Source: Paraspadella gotoi (lineage: Eukaryota; Animalia; Chaetognatha). Taken from it: DNA of 64,000 nucleotides. Within the stretch, counting starts at the first letter, position 1. Each line of letters opens with the position of its first letter. The position numbers were made by a program, and so were the translations under genes. The notes beneath the pieces were generated by a model. That model was not told the origin of the DNA and ran no database searches. It saw nothing but the letters and a program-made list of their open reading frames with translations. Where the stretch lies: NCBI GenBank assembly GCA_051294375.1, contig CM119268.1:14776210-14840209 (forward strand). The letters run 5' to 3'. Positions 1-28,639 of this stretch are shown here, one piece after another.

Positions 1-15505
<15,505 letters not shown>

Positions 15506-15552
15506 TCTCCTCTATTTCTAACGCAGACGGTTTGAATTGAGTCGCGATTGGC

Positions 15553-15647
<95 letters not shown>

Positions 15648-18600
15648 GTGTCCCCAGGCGAGACGAGATCCGCCGAGTTTCCGTCTCTCTGTTTTGTTAT
15701 TTCAGCGTCGGAGGCTTTTGTCCTTGTCGTCCTCCTCGGGTTGGGTCGACCCTGACGCCTCGCCGTTTCGTTGTCTCCATGTATTAAAGCGGTCGAAAGT
15801 GAGTCGACTCGATGGTTTCGTCGTTTCACTCAAATCGTGAATAAGTGAACATAATTTTTATCGTTCCGTTTTACTCTGTTTTATCCATATTTCATTTGTT
15901 GTTGAGCGATTCTGTTTTTGTTTGGAGCCTGTTGTTTTTTTTTGTTTTTTGTTTTTTTTGTTTTTGTTTTTTTAATTGTTTTATTTTTCCTTAGTATTCG
16001 TTGTTTTCGTTCAACGTTTACAGTTCTACATAAACGATGAGAAATAACCTTAAATTCATCGGTCGTTTTCTTTCTCCTCGCGGATATTCATTTGATTTAA
16101 AAGGCCACTTACCAGACCTCGCTTTCGTTAGTCTGAAGAATAAAAATAAAGACTCGAGTCAGTTGTTTTTTTCCAAGAAAAAAAAAACAAGAAAGAAAGA
16201 AAAAATCTTTCGCCAGAGCAAGGGGAAAAAACAGGTTTTTTTTTTTTTTGTGCTTCTGTCCTCCTTTCTATCCCCGCCTCTTTCTCTCTTCCGAGTCGGA
16301 TTGTCTCTATTTTTGGCTTCTTGCGTTTCTCTTCATATATCGGATTATTTTTCTTTCCCTTTTTTCCCCTATCCCCCCCCCTCCCAGAAAAAAAAAGCGA
16401 AGGCTGACAAAAAACTGACATAAAAAGCCATTTCCTTTAAAGAAAGAGAAAGAAGTTCTTAATATGGAGAATTATCGATTGCGCGTCGCGCGAAAAGAAA
16501 ATAAGGAAAACTGGAGAGAAAAAAAAATGGAACACGGCGACCGGAAAGTCCAACGATGCGGCGACAATTAAGGAAACGATGAATATGTAAACAAGGAGGA
16601 AGTAAAAATATGAAAAAGAAAAAAAAATCGAATTGTTTTTTTTTTCCTTGGAGTTGTCGTTTACGCCAAAACCAATTAGCGTATGAAAGACAAATAAAGT
16701 GAGTTTATTATCTTTCGATTCAATCGAGACAATAAAAGAAAATAAGGGAGGAAAGTGAGGGACTTTCAATCGCCGGATTTGCTGGGGTTTGTTCGCGTTT
16801 TAGCGACGATTAGTTTTGTTACGTCACTTGTTTTAACTATGTCGTGCAATGAAAATGTGGGGTCCCTGAAATTCAAGCGAAACTCTTGTTGACACTGCAA
16901 AGTCTTCTATCGAAAACCATTTTCGTCAATACTCACTGCGCTTCTATTGTTTACGAAATTTCACTTTTATAAACCAAAAAAAAGCAAGTATAAAAGCGTA
17001 AAAAGAGGACTAAATTTAATATTTAGTACATCCACGATAGGCGCAGTTTGAAAAACTCAAATGCAAAAATAATACTCATAAATTATTAATATTATTTGTT
17101 TAAAAAAAGTGAATGTCGATACAAAATTACGATTGAGAAAAAATCCAATTTAGATAAGTCAATGTAAATTTTTATCATTTGATTCAGAAAAAAAAAGGAA
17201 TTTAAAATAAAAACACGGATCGAAGATATTGCGTCTTTTCAAGTGCTCTTCTCTTCTCTTCTCTTGTCTTCTCTTCTCTTGTCTTCTCTTCTCTTGTCTT
17301 CTCTTCTCTTTTCAGTCTTCAACTTCTCATTTTCGTTCCCTTTTTTTTTAAATTTTATTTCTGTTTTATCTCACGATTTATCTCGCGGATTAAAATTCGA
17401 TCAGCCTTCTTCTCCACCCTCGATATCGTTTCACCGGCTGCTTTGTTGTACTCGGGAGAAATGTTAATTAATCGCAATTACTTTACCGAAGGGATAATTA
17501 TTTAAAGAAATTTCTTTATTGAACGCAACTTATTCGAAATTTAAAAAAAGGAAATAACGATTTTTTTATTCTTTTTGTTTTTAATCGGTTATTGAAAAAA
17601 AAGATAGAGCTCCATGCTCAAAGCTGATTCCAATTTATCCACTAGTGGGAAGAAGAATTTTTTTTTATAACATGCACTCGACATTTTATTTGCCAATTGG
17701 CAGTATTCAGTATTGTTTACGGACGAGCTCAGTTGTTTATTCGTGCGAAGTCGAAATTATTAACAAACCAAAAAAAATATTAAAAAAAACATGTTCACGT
17801 AAATAATTATTCGATCCGGGGATTTTGGCTCGATCGCTGCTTCATTCTTTAAACACTTTTTTTTCTTTTTGTTTTTTTGTTTTTTGTTTTTAAAATTTTC
17901 ATCCACTTATTCTTTTCTCTCATCTCTCTCGCGATTTCCGATTCATTTTTTTTTTTCATTTAGCTTTAAATTTTTTGTTGTTCCCTTTTGGCCAGAGTTT
18001 CGATCGAGGGAAAAACAGGGAAAAAAGTCAGTCGAAGGAGGAGAGAAAGAAGCACGCGCTAAGGAGGAGGAAGAGGAAGAAGAGGAAGAAGAGGAGGAGG
18101 AAAGGGAAGAAAAAAACAGGTGGGAGAACACTTGTGAGAGGAGGGAAACTAAGAGGATACGATTGAGATGCTGACGATGATTATGAATATGATGATGACG
18201 ATGATGATGACGATGATGATGACGATGATATTGAATGATTCTTGTGTCTCACATTTATGATTTAAACCGACATAGGCGGGGTGATAACGACCTTTACGCT
18301 TGTGCCCAAACTTCAGGTACAACGAGGATAACAACAACAACTATTACCACAGAGTCTGTGGATGAGAGATCAAGGGGTGAAAAATTCAATTGCGACCAAA
18401 TTTATATTTGGCTCTCCGTTCTTAATAATCGAGACTCAAAAAGACGCCTTTCGGTCTGTCAGTCTAAGTATATATTAATTTGTTGTTTATCTCTTAATCT
18501 TAAATTAAAGTTAATTTCCCTAAAACTACAAAATTAATTTTTCTTCACTTCTCTTTACTAATTCGTAAATAGATAAGTTTTGAAATTATAAGAGTTTTAA

Positions 18601-21301
18601 TTAAACAAAATGTTATACAGTCATTTGATTTCTTATCATGAGTCGCGACTAAATTAGAAAATGTTATTTGTTTTTTTTTTCTTTTGTTTTTTTTTTTTTC
18701 CTTTGGCCAATTCTGTTTGTCGAACGTCGGTCGCGCTAAAAATGAGGCGGTCGTCGCTGACAACAATCAACTTCGTTGAGTCTAGGTCGTCGTCGCGTCG
18801 TCGTCGTCGTCGTCGTCTTCGTCGTCCGGTTTAAGGGTGAAACTAATTCAGGTCGAATCATCATCGGTTAACGTCGACTCTCGCTGCGAATCGAACATCA
18901 ATTAAATCTCGCCCACTGTACGTGGTCGGCAGACGATGAAGTTTGCTTAAAGCAAATGTGCGCGATAGAGAAGTCTCGTTTGCGGCAGAAATCTCGGATA
19001 AACAGGGATAAAATATGCAGTTTGCTCGGTGCGTGTTTGTATTTGACATAAGATAAAATATAAATATGTATATATTTCATTAGACCTATTGATTTTTTTT
19101 GTTGTTATTATTGTTCTTGCTTATATTTAGACAGTATAATCGCAGTCAGCGGATTATGACTCTTCTGAATCATCGGATAAGACTACCCCAACCGATATTT
19201 CGTTCTACTTTTACTTTTTTTACCTCTACGTCGCCAGATTCTTGAAAAGAGGACTTTTGGTTTAAACCCTATCCTGGTCATGTTTCTGTCACCGGAAAAA
19301 CGAGTTGAACAAATATAACTTTAAAAAAAAATATTTTGAATATAAAACGCGAAAATGGAAACGTTCTTCCAATCGAGTATTTTTTTTTTCTCCCTTTGGC
19401 TTTTCCACTAGCTTCTGTTTTTAAAAAAAAAAATTCATGACTCAGACTTTGGCGGAGAAAAAAAAAGGTTAGTGCAGGTAGCGGGGTGGAAAGGTGGTGG
19501 TCGTATTGGATGGGAATGTTGGATAAGGTGGGCAGAATGTGGGCGAATTGTGGAGGCGGGAGAAAAAGATGCCGCAAGTAATAAAATATCGGAGCAGTGA
19601 ATGTCGAGGAAATGGACTTAGAGGGAAAACGGGAGGGGGGAAAAAAAAGCTAGTGAGGGAAAACAAACTGGATAGAAGAGATAAAAAGCTAAACAAATGA
19701 AGGCGGAGGAGGGTAAGTATAAAGGCCAGAAAAAGATAAGTGGATCGAGTTTCTTACGAAAGACGAGAAGAGATAGAAATTTGGTGGGAAGAGAGACGAA
19801 AGAGGATGAAGAGAAAAAAGATTTGTCTGAGAGAAAATAGGTTTTTCAAAGAGTATTTCTCGGTAAAATAAATGAGAGATTGGGGAAAAAGATCTCAAAT
19901 GGACATTGAACATTGGACATTGGATAATGGACAAGGTCAAAGAAGAAACGAGTCATCATGTGGGTATAAATGAAAGAGGAAAAATAATTAACTCCAAGAG
20001 GGAGGAATTTCTTCAAATTGCGGTATATTATATACTTTATATACATTATACTTTGAAAAATAAGTTGGGGATTCCCGGAGAATCTGGTTTCCCGTCGAAA
20101 GAGGAAGAGAGAAAAAGTGGACTGAAGCAGGAGGAAGGCGAAGAAGATTATGGGGAAAGTCCGGCGAAATGAGTCGGAAAAAAAGAAAAGGAATGCAATG
20201 GAGGAAAGGGAACTGTGAAAAGGAGGAAGGCGAAGTTGAGGAGAAGAAAAGAAATGTAATGGAGAAAAGAGAGCTGATAAAAGGAGGAAAAGATAATGAA
20301 TGTAATGAAATGAAGTAGAGATAACTGTGAAAAGGAAGAATGTCATGAAGGAAAGAGAACTGTAAAAAGGAGGAAAGGCGCAGTTTGAACGGGCTATAAG
20401 GGGTCAGTTCTCAGCACTCTGTCACTGTTCCCTACAACTGTTTATTTTTAATAAATTGGGGTAGGGGTATGCCGGGAATGAGATACCCGGCGAAGCCCGC
20501 CATAGGGCGTAGTAGCGGTAAATTTATAGTTAGCTTCCCCGAAGCTGCGCGAAGTTTAAAAGTTTAAACTGCAAGGATTTTGCCCGCGTAATACATATCT
20601 CGAAAGAGAAAATAAAAGGAATGAAATGGAGGAAAGGAAACCTAATGAGGAAAGAGAAGTGTGAAAAGGAGAAAAAAAGAAATGAAACGGACAAATAAAA
20701 GATAAAGATTAGAATTCGTAGCAAAAAATGTTATGTAAAAATAAAAAACTGAAGATAAAAATACAACAAGGCAATCGCAGATGTCTGATAAGAAGCTGAA
20801 TCAATCACTCAGACGTGACGTGTGAAAGGAAAAGAAAATCTTCACAGGGCAGCTTTAATGAATATGGGCAACACAAGACAAAGAAACGCCATTATTCTAA
20901 ACCTCAAAATGAAAAGAAAAGATTTATTTTTTTTTTCGTTGTTTGAAGTGAGTCTTACATCTAAACGAATTCATTTATACACGATACTGACGATACTGAC
21001 TAAAACTTAGGGCATTAGAATTCAAGGACGGGCTGCTAAAAAAAAGTGGCCTTAAAAATAGAAAAGGGAAACTAATGTCGCTCTTCGGTTAATCGCTTCA
21101 TTATCCGCTCACCAGGTTATATTTCAATCGGGAATAGGCAGGTCGAGGGAAAATAAATTCGCTCTGAACAGACTCTACGATAATCCGTCTCGCCGTATTT
21201 CCCCTCGATCGTTAAATGTATACGAGAATTCCATCCATCAAATTTGCGACTTCATTTCTGAGGCGTAAATGTGGCGCCTGCAAGCGATTCTAGTGGCGAG
21301 A

Positions 21302-21346
<45 letters not shown>

Positions 21347-21348
21347 GG

Positions 21349-21410
<62 letters not shown>

Positions 21411-22572
21411 TCTGTTCTGAAAATATTCCGACTAAAAAAGAAGTAGGAAACAAAGAGCCGAAGCAAATTGAAAGTGTGAAGTGATGAATAATTCGTGAAG
21501 TCGATTCTAGAGAAGTCGTAAATATCGTTGTAGTCCCGCGAAACCTCCTACGATTGAGAATCGACATTTCACTCTTGAAGTATATAATTATGTACATAAT
21601 ACAGGATATAATACAGGATTTGTTGCGTTTAGACTGAAGCTAAAAATAATTGTGCGGTTTCCTTTTAACAACGACTAATGTTAAATTTTAAAATTACACG
21701 TTCGTAAATATAAAAAGGCAACCATCGGGACCCATACTTCCCCTCGATCCACAACCAACCTGTTTCGACCCTACTCGGAACTGTGAAAAGAAAAACCGTG
21801 ATGGTGAGTAGGAGATTTCGGTGTGAGAGCTTCGGACCAAGGGAACTCAAGAAGAATTTGTCAATTCCCACTCACAGTCGAGTCTTACAACTTCGACGTG
21901 TGAGTTATTAACTCGGACAGATTTGAAGAATCACCATCGAGCAAATATATCTGTCTTTACAAGAAGTTATTAACGATCAATATTGTCCCGGATACTAATG
22001 AAATAGTTCCAAATAAGTGGTCGGCCAAAAAAAGGATATCGGGTCATCCTCCACGAAGCAAAACCCCCATCATGTTAATAGACATCGCCGACTTGTTTTC
22101 CTTGCGCGAAATCGCTCACGATGATTTGCGGTCATTTTCGATGGCCATGGATTTCGGGAAAGATTTAGGGGGGAGGGGGGGTGGAAGGGTGCAGCTCGAA
22201 AACTAATGTCGCTCGTGCGCCTTTGCCCGGACCAGCGATTCACGAAGAAGAAGAGAAATCTCGATGGGTGATTTGTGAGAATTTCTCCCCGAAAGAAGGT
22301 CATTATTCACAGGGCGGTGAAAAAAAAATTGTTGAAAACATAAAGATTAGCTAGAGAATATGTACGACTCGATATGCGGTGAGAGTCGGGGGGGGAGACG
22401 AAGAAAGACAGAAAAAGACATTGAGTCAAATGAGGAGACAGAAAGACATGAAGGCAGACAGATTTTCATTCGGTTCCGACAATCAAATTCCGACGAAAAT
22501 ATCGTCAACGACAAACAACTTCTGAATGGAGATTTGAGAGAGAGAGAGAAGAAGAGAGAGAAAAGAGAAGAG

Positions 22573-22642
<70 letters not shown>

Positions 22643-22721
22643 GAGAGGGGGGGGAAAGGTAGAGAAAAATTGCGAGACTTCGAGACCATAACCCGATAAA
22701 CTATTCCGGGAATGGCAGGAA

Positions 22722-22743
22722 TAAAAGGCGCTGAGATGTTGGA

Positions 22744-22810
<67 letters not shown>

Positions 22811-22867
22811 TCTCTCTCTCTCTCTTTCCATCTCTCTCTTCTCTCTCTCTTTCTCTCTCTTTCTTTC

Positions 22868-22924
<57 letters not shown>

Positions 22925-22950
22925 TTCTTAAAAGGCGCTGAGATGTTGGA

Positions 22951-23010
<60 letters not shown>

Positions 23011-23075
23011 CTCTCTCTCTCTCTCTTTCCTCTCTCTCTCTCTCTCTCTTCTCTCTCTTTCTCTCTCTCTTTCTT

Positions 23076-23111
<36 letters not shown>

Positions 23112-23202
23112 TTCTTAAAAGGCGCTGAGATGTTGGACTCTCTCTCTCTCTCTCCCTCTCTCTTTTCTTTTTTCTCTCTCTCTCTCTCTCATCGCTCTCT
23201 CC

Positions 23203-23238
<36 letters not shown>
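22722..23238 (+). repeat. Composite tandem repeat: identical TAAAAGGCGCTGAGATGTTGGAC head plus variable CT-microsatellite, 3 units
   Basis: Head at 22722, 22929 and 23116 (periods 207 and 187 bp). Confidence 0.9.
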
Positions 23239-23239
<1 letters not shown>

Positions 23240-24881
23240 ACTTCCGCCTTATTAACTCCGAGTCCAACCTTCCAGCCTTTTTTTCTAGACCATTTTCGCT
23301 GCTCATGTTTCTCCTGACCCAACATCGTTCCGGTTTAACCTTTTTTTCATTTACCTAATTGCATCAGCTCTCACCAAAGGCGTCGGATGCAAACTGGAGA
23401 GAAACAAGAAACCGCACATCACTTATTAAATGTTTTAAAATGTCCGGAAAAAAAACGGAAGTGAAATTATTTTCGTAAAGGCTCAGACGCCATGCAATAT
23501 CCATTCTCCATGAGCCTCCAAAAAAAAAGGTTTGGCCGCGCAATTGTCCCGGCGAAACAACTCTTCGCCATGAGTCATGAGATTTCGGCATAAATCGTCG
23601 CACGTACAGTCGTACAGCTGCGACAGCTGAAAACGACGCCGTCTCCACGATTGCGTGCGCGTAGAGCGGACAAATGGTCTTTTTTGCCGGTCACCACGAC
23701 TTAATGCGGGGAATCAAAACGATCAATTTACTGATAAAACCTTAAGCGGAATAAAATGGGTAGTATTTAACGAATGATTAATGTTTACAGTCCGTTAAGA
23801 GAGCGACTATAATATAGTCAAATTTGCTAGATTCTATTTTAACTATTAATAACTAGAAACATTGTACAGTATTCATCTTTAACTTTTCAATTCCACTTTG
23901 AATTTGGTTTTGTAGTTGGAGAATCGATGATGAAGCACCATTCGCAATTGAGTTCTCGTATTGACCCGAATTTCTGATCTCCTCTCAAGTACTCCATCCA
24001 TTACGATCCTCCCAGTTTCCACTCTCTCTCAATTCGTTCCACTTTGCGGCTCAAAACCGGAAACACGTGGCTGCCTCTCCGTCAATGTCGTCTCCACAAT
24101 TCGTTCAGAGCAAATTCGCTTCTCCATCCATCTGGGGACTTTCGAGGCTCAGTTATTCGGGGCAACCGTTCAAACGCGGGACCCGCAGGATTAGAAAGCG
24201 CAAATAAAAAAAATAAAATTTTGCTTTTAAAACATAAATTGCTGCGCAATAACCTGGGAAATGAAACCGCGGGGGGCCCGCTCGCCGTGAAGTAAATTGG
24301 TTTTTTTTCTAGTTTTGAAATCTATTTTCTTGATTTAAAATTATTTTCAATTATAAGTAAAAATTATCGCGACGGTATTTTATTTTCATCATAATTCAAA
24401 ACTCGTTTTAAAACAAAAACTTCAATACTGAATTTTTTTTTTTTCAAAGTTATGTTGTCAGCAGCCACTAAAAAAAAACAGTAAAACTTGTTCTTGCTTC
24501 CGTTTTACAACCCAGTCTTAATTCTCAGCCAAAACAAAACTTGTTTCAGAAACTTGAATACTTTTTTAGTATCGTGACTTAAACTCAGTGACGCCAACAA
24601 TTTAACTATTTTGCATCCAACTGATTTTATATTTTATATTCGTTAACATTGAAAACGAAAATCCGAAATAATTTAACCTTGATCCTAATCTGATCTCACT
24701 TTGATCATTAAAATATGTAATTTGGATCCCTTAAGGATCTAATCTAGATCCAAAAAAGATCCAATCTGGATCCCACCTGGAGGCTTAATCCTTTGTGAGT
24801 TATAGCGATCGTGGCAGGAATAGGAAAATGGGATCCGTTTTGGCAGAACGAGAAAAAAGAAAAAGACGCCCATTTCTGGTT

Positions 24882-24935
<54 letters not shown>

Positions 24936-25699
24936 CTCTTTTTTATTTTCTTATTAGCATCATAGCGGTTGGAAGAATACGTTCTTCAAAGAACGACCAC
25001 GTTATTCTAAAGACAAGAGGTAGATTTCTCCTAACGTTTGCCAAATACATTCCTTGAGCCAAATGATACTTATTTTTTTAACGGTACAACCAACATAAAA
25101 ATGATCAATTCATTCAATAAGTAAATATTGCCACTTGAATTTAGTGGATACGTTTATACATTATTACTTACAGATAAACTTAAAATAAGAAACTGCCGAA
25201 GTCGTTAAGATCGAAGTTGACGTCACGAATGAACGAAAAAAATCTGAATCGACGCGAGGAGAAATTTTTAAAAAATTGAAAAACTGATAATAATCGTTGG
25301 CCAATTCCATGTGGATTTTCAGATAAGTTGCATGCAACGCACAATCGAACTACTGAAATAAAAAAAACGTTAAAAAACAAGAACCTGTCACTTTCTTTCT
25401 TGGATGCATTTGCCTATGATCATGTAACTATATAAACTGCTATGTTATTGTCTTGTAAGTATGATGGAGGCCTAAAACCACCAAAGCCTGTCCAAAGTCA
25501 GGGACAAGATAGCTTATTTATTAAATGAATGGATAATTTTTATATTGGTTGTACCAATTTCATAGGTATAAAATATATATACAAAAAGCATCTTATGGTT
25601 TATTTCTTCTATGTTAAGTATTTTGTTATTCTATTTTATACAAAATATGGCGCATTTACGTTTTAATCATGTGACCATAGTTCTGTAGGGTCATATGAC

Positions 25700-25980
25700 T
25701 ATACGGGTATAAAACATATATCAGTCTGCCAAATATCTCAAAAAATATTAAAAATTTTATGAATTATATCTTGCATTGAAGTTCTGGTCTCGTGATCGTT
25801 ACTTATGCATACGAATGGAACCAAATATAAACTTTATTAGTATAGTTTAACCAAGTTAGAAGCATTTAAAACGTAAACGAGACAGATCAATGGACCGAAA
25901 GGCATACCAACCGAGCGACCGACCGACCAAAATGTGAGTTATCTTGTTGCTTCGCAAGTACTCGCGGCGCAACTAAAAAA
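25700..25980 (+). mobile_element. Helentron/HINE (DINE-1-like) non-autonomous element remnant
   Basis: (CCGA)n-type tetranucleotide microsatellite at ~25905-25930, followed by GAGTTAT..GTTGCTTCGC..GCGCAACT hairpin and AAAAA, the typical HINE 3' arrangement. Left boundary uncertain. Confidence 0.4.
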
Positions 25981-26251
25981 AGAAACAAAAAAAAATTTTA
26001 TCTTCCAATTTCCACGAACGACTCGAAACGAGGCGAACAAAAGACGAGTCAGAGCCTTTAGTGACGCCTTCAGTGAGTTTTAATGTAGTGGAAGGAGAGA
26101 AAGAATGAAAACAAAAGAGAGCTAAATGGAGGAAAGATAAAAGGGAGAAAAGGAGACGAACCAGCGGCAATTATCTGAAACAAGGATGGACACGATTGAA
26201 GCAGCAGATGAGAGGCACAGAGGAGGAGATCGAAGAGCAGGCAGATGAGAG

Positions 26252-26329
<78 letters not shown>

Positions 26330-26682
26330 CCTACGTCCTATGCCCGCAAATGCGTCATCTCTCTCCCTCTCTCCGCCTCTCTTCCTCTATCTTGCTCTCG
26401 CTATTTTTTCGTATAGCTTCTCAAGCTACCGATGACGCCGGCAAAAAAAAAGAGCTTCCATGCCCGGCGTCGGCGGCCGAGCAACATTTTGACAAAGCCA
26501 ATAAATTTCCGCTCCTGCGCCCCTCNNNNNNNNNNATCGGTAAGGGAAAGATGAGGAGAGTTGCCAGAAGGAACCAAGTAAAACCCAGAATTAGTTACCA
26601 GACAAAAAGGGAAACTAAGAAGGGGAAGAAAAGAAGAGTTGCAAGAAGTATGGAAAGGAATAGGAAGAGTTCAAAGAAGGTT

Positions 26683-26745
<63 letters not shown>

Positions 26746-27097
26746 AATCGTGCCCGCTGACTTTTTTTATGTCTGAGCGTCAGGAAAGAGTAGAGACAGA
26801 CGAGAATAAAAAAGTATCGTTGAGAAAAAAATTTGCGGAGTTCATTTTTCTGAGAAATTTAAGGAAAGGAAAAAGCTAATAATGCAAACGAAAATGCTTG
26901 AAAAAAAAATAACAATGGCGAAAAAAATCGGAAAAAAATTTGAGAGAGAGAGAGAGAGTGAGAGAGAGAGGTGCATTCTGGAATGACTTGGATGGTTGCT
27001 GGAAAAGTTGTTCCATCCCGCTTTGACACGAAAAGAGATGTAAGATAAAATATAAATCAACCGGCGCGCGCTTACTCTCTCTTTTTCTCTCTCTTTT

Positions 27098-27130
<33 letters not shown>

Positions 27131-28639
27131 TATAGGATTTTCATTTTGTTTTCTTTGTTTGAACAAGAAAGCCGCGGGCGGACGGAAAGGCGAAACAGCC
27201 CAGCAGATGGGAGAAGAGGAAAAATGCCTCAACGCAATTTGTCTTTTTAATCAACGTCGAAAAAATTAGAATTTTTTTTTTAATTTCAAAGAAACTAGGG
27301 TTTTTAATCAACTTTTTTTTTGGTTAATATATTAATTTTTTATTTCATTCCGGTGGGTCATAAAGGACAAAAACTTAAAACAAAGCGATTTTGGTTGTTC
27401 CAATTTCATAATACAATTTTCGTTGGCGAAGAAAAAGAAAAGTCGGAGAAATTCGCAGAAAATGGGATTAAAAAAGACGCCGCCGCCCGACGGACTCCGC
27501 CCGCAATTAAATCTCCCTTTACGTTCGTCGAAGACATTTGACTTCCATTTTTAAAACCACTTTTTTGGAAGGCGAACTTTTTAACTTTCTTTGGTTTTCC
27601 TTCTTTTTTTTTTTTTTTTTTGGAATCCACCCTTTTTAACGATTTTAATGTATAATTGGTTTGAATTTCGTTTTTTTTTTTAAATTTACATAATTTTTAT
27701 TTTTTTTGCTTTTATTGAAAGGATAAATTAATAACCCTGTTTCATACATTTTAGCTTTTTCAACATATTTCAAAGTAATAAAAAAACATAAGAACGATAT
27801 TTTGTTTGCACACATAGCAGGATTGTTTTTTTTTCTCACAATCAGTGAGCGGCGGTTTTGCTTTTACATTTCGCAGTCTATTTCTCTTTCTTCTTTACCA
27901 TCGATTTGTCCTGGTCTTGCTTTTTCTTGCCAAGACAGACGGAGGAAAGCGCAGACGACGACGACGACGACGACGACCGAAATCGCGACGCTGACGTCGA
28001 CGTGGACGAAAAAGGCAACGACGTCTCCGACGACGAAGAAGAAGACGACGACCAGCCGGCCGGGTTAGCGACACTAGGGAACGATTGCAACCGCACAGGA
28101 GCGACACGAACTCTGGCAGCAAAACAAACACCGGATGTAACCCGAACGCTGCTTTAAAATTTTATAAGGCAAAAATAGTCTGATATCCCTCGGGAATCCC
28201 CGTATACAATCCGATCCTTAAGTATTCCACAGAGGAAAGGGCCGGATAGCGACGAATTTTTGGGAGAAAAAAATAGTGTTATTCCTTTATGCATAATGAA
28301 TTCCACTACGAACGACGAAATATCGCGCGATCTATCTCAATCTTTTTCCCTCTTAAATATTCACGAAAGTGCGCGGGATTTGAGGAGATTTTTCAGATTC
28401 GACGGTGCCAGAGTGAGAATTTGTGAAGAGAAAGAAATGAACATGGATAATGATTAAATGAATGACATGAATGAATGAAATTTATTTTGAAGCTTTACTG
28501 CACATCAAATCAAAGTAAAAATATCCAAACGATTTTTATATAAAAAAAAAAAAAAGGAGCAACAAAAATGTTTGTACAATCTTTTACGTATTCCACGTAT
28601 TCAACTGTAAATGTTAAATCGAAAATTGGTTGCCGAGAA

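Noticed and set aside
22722-23238. CRISPR-like array (identical repeats with variable spacers)
   Set aside because: Spacers are 165-185-bp CT microsatellites, the context is eukaryotic and no cas genes are present.
24680-24775. Cluster of GATC motifs
   Set aside because: A short degenerate local repeat with no further structure; Dam/oriC logic does not apply to this eukaryotic context.
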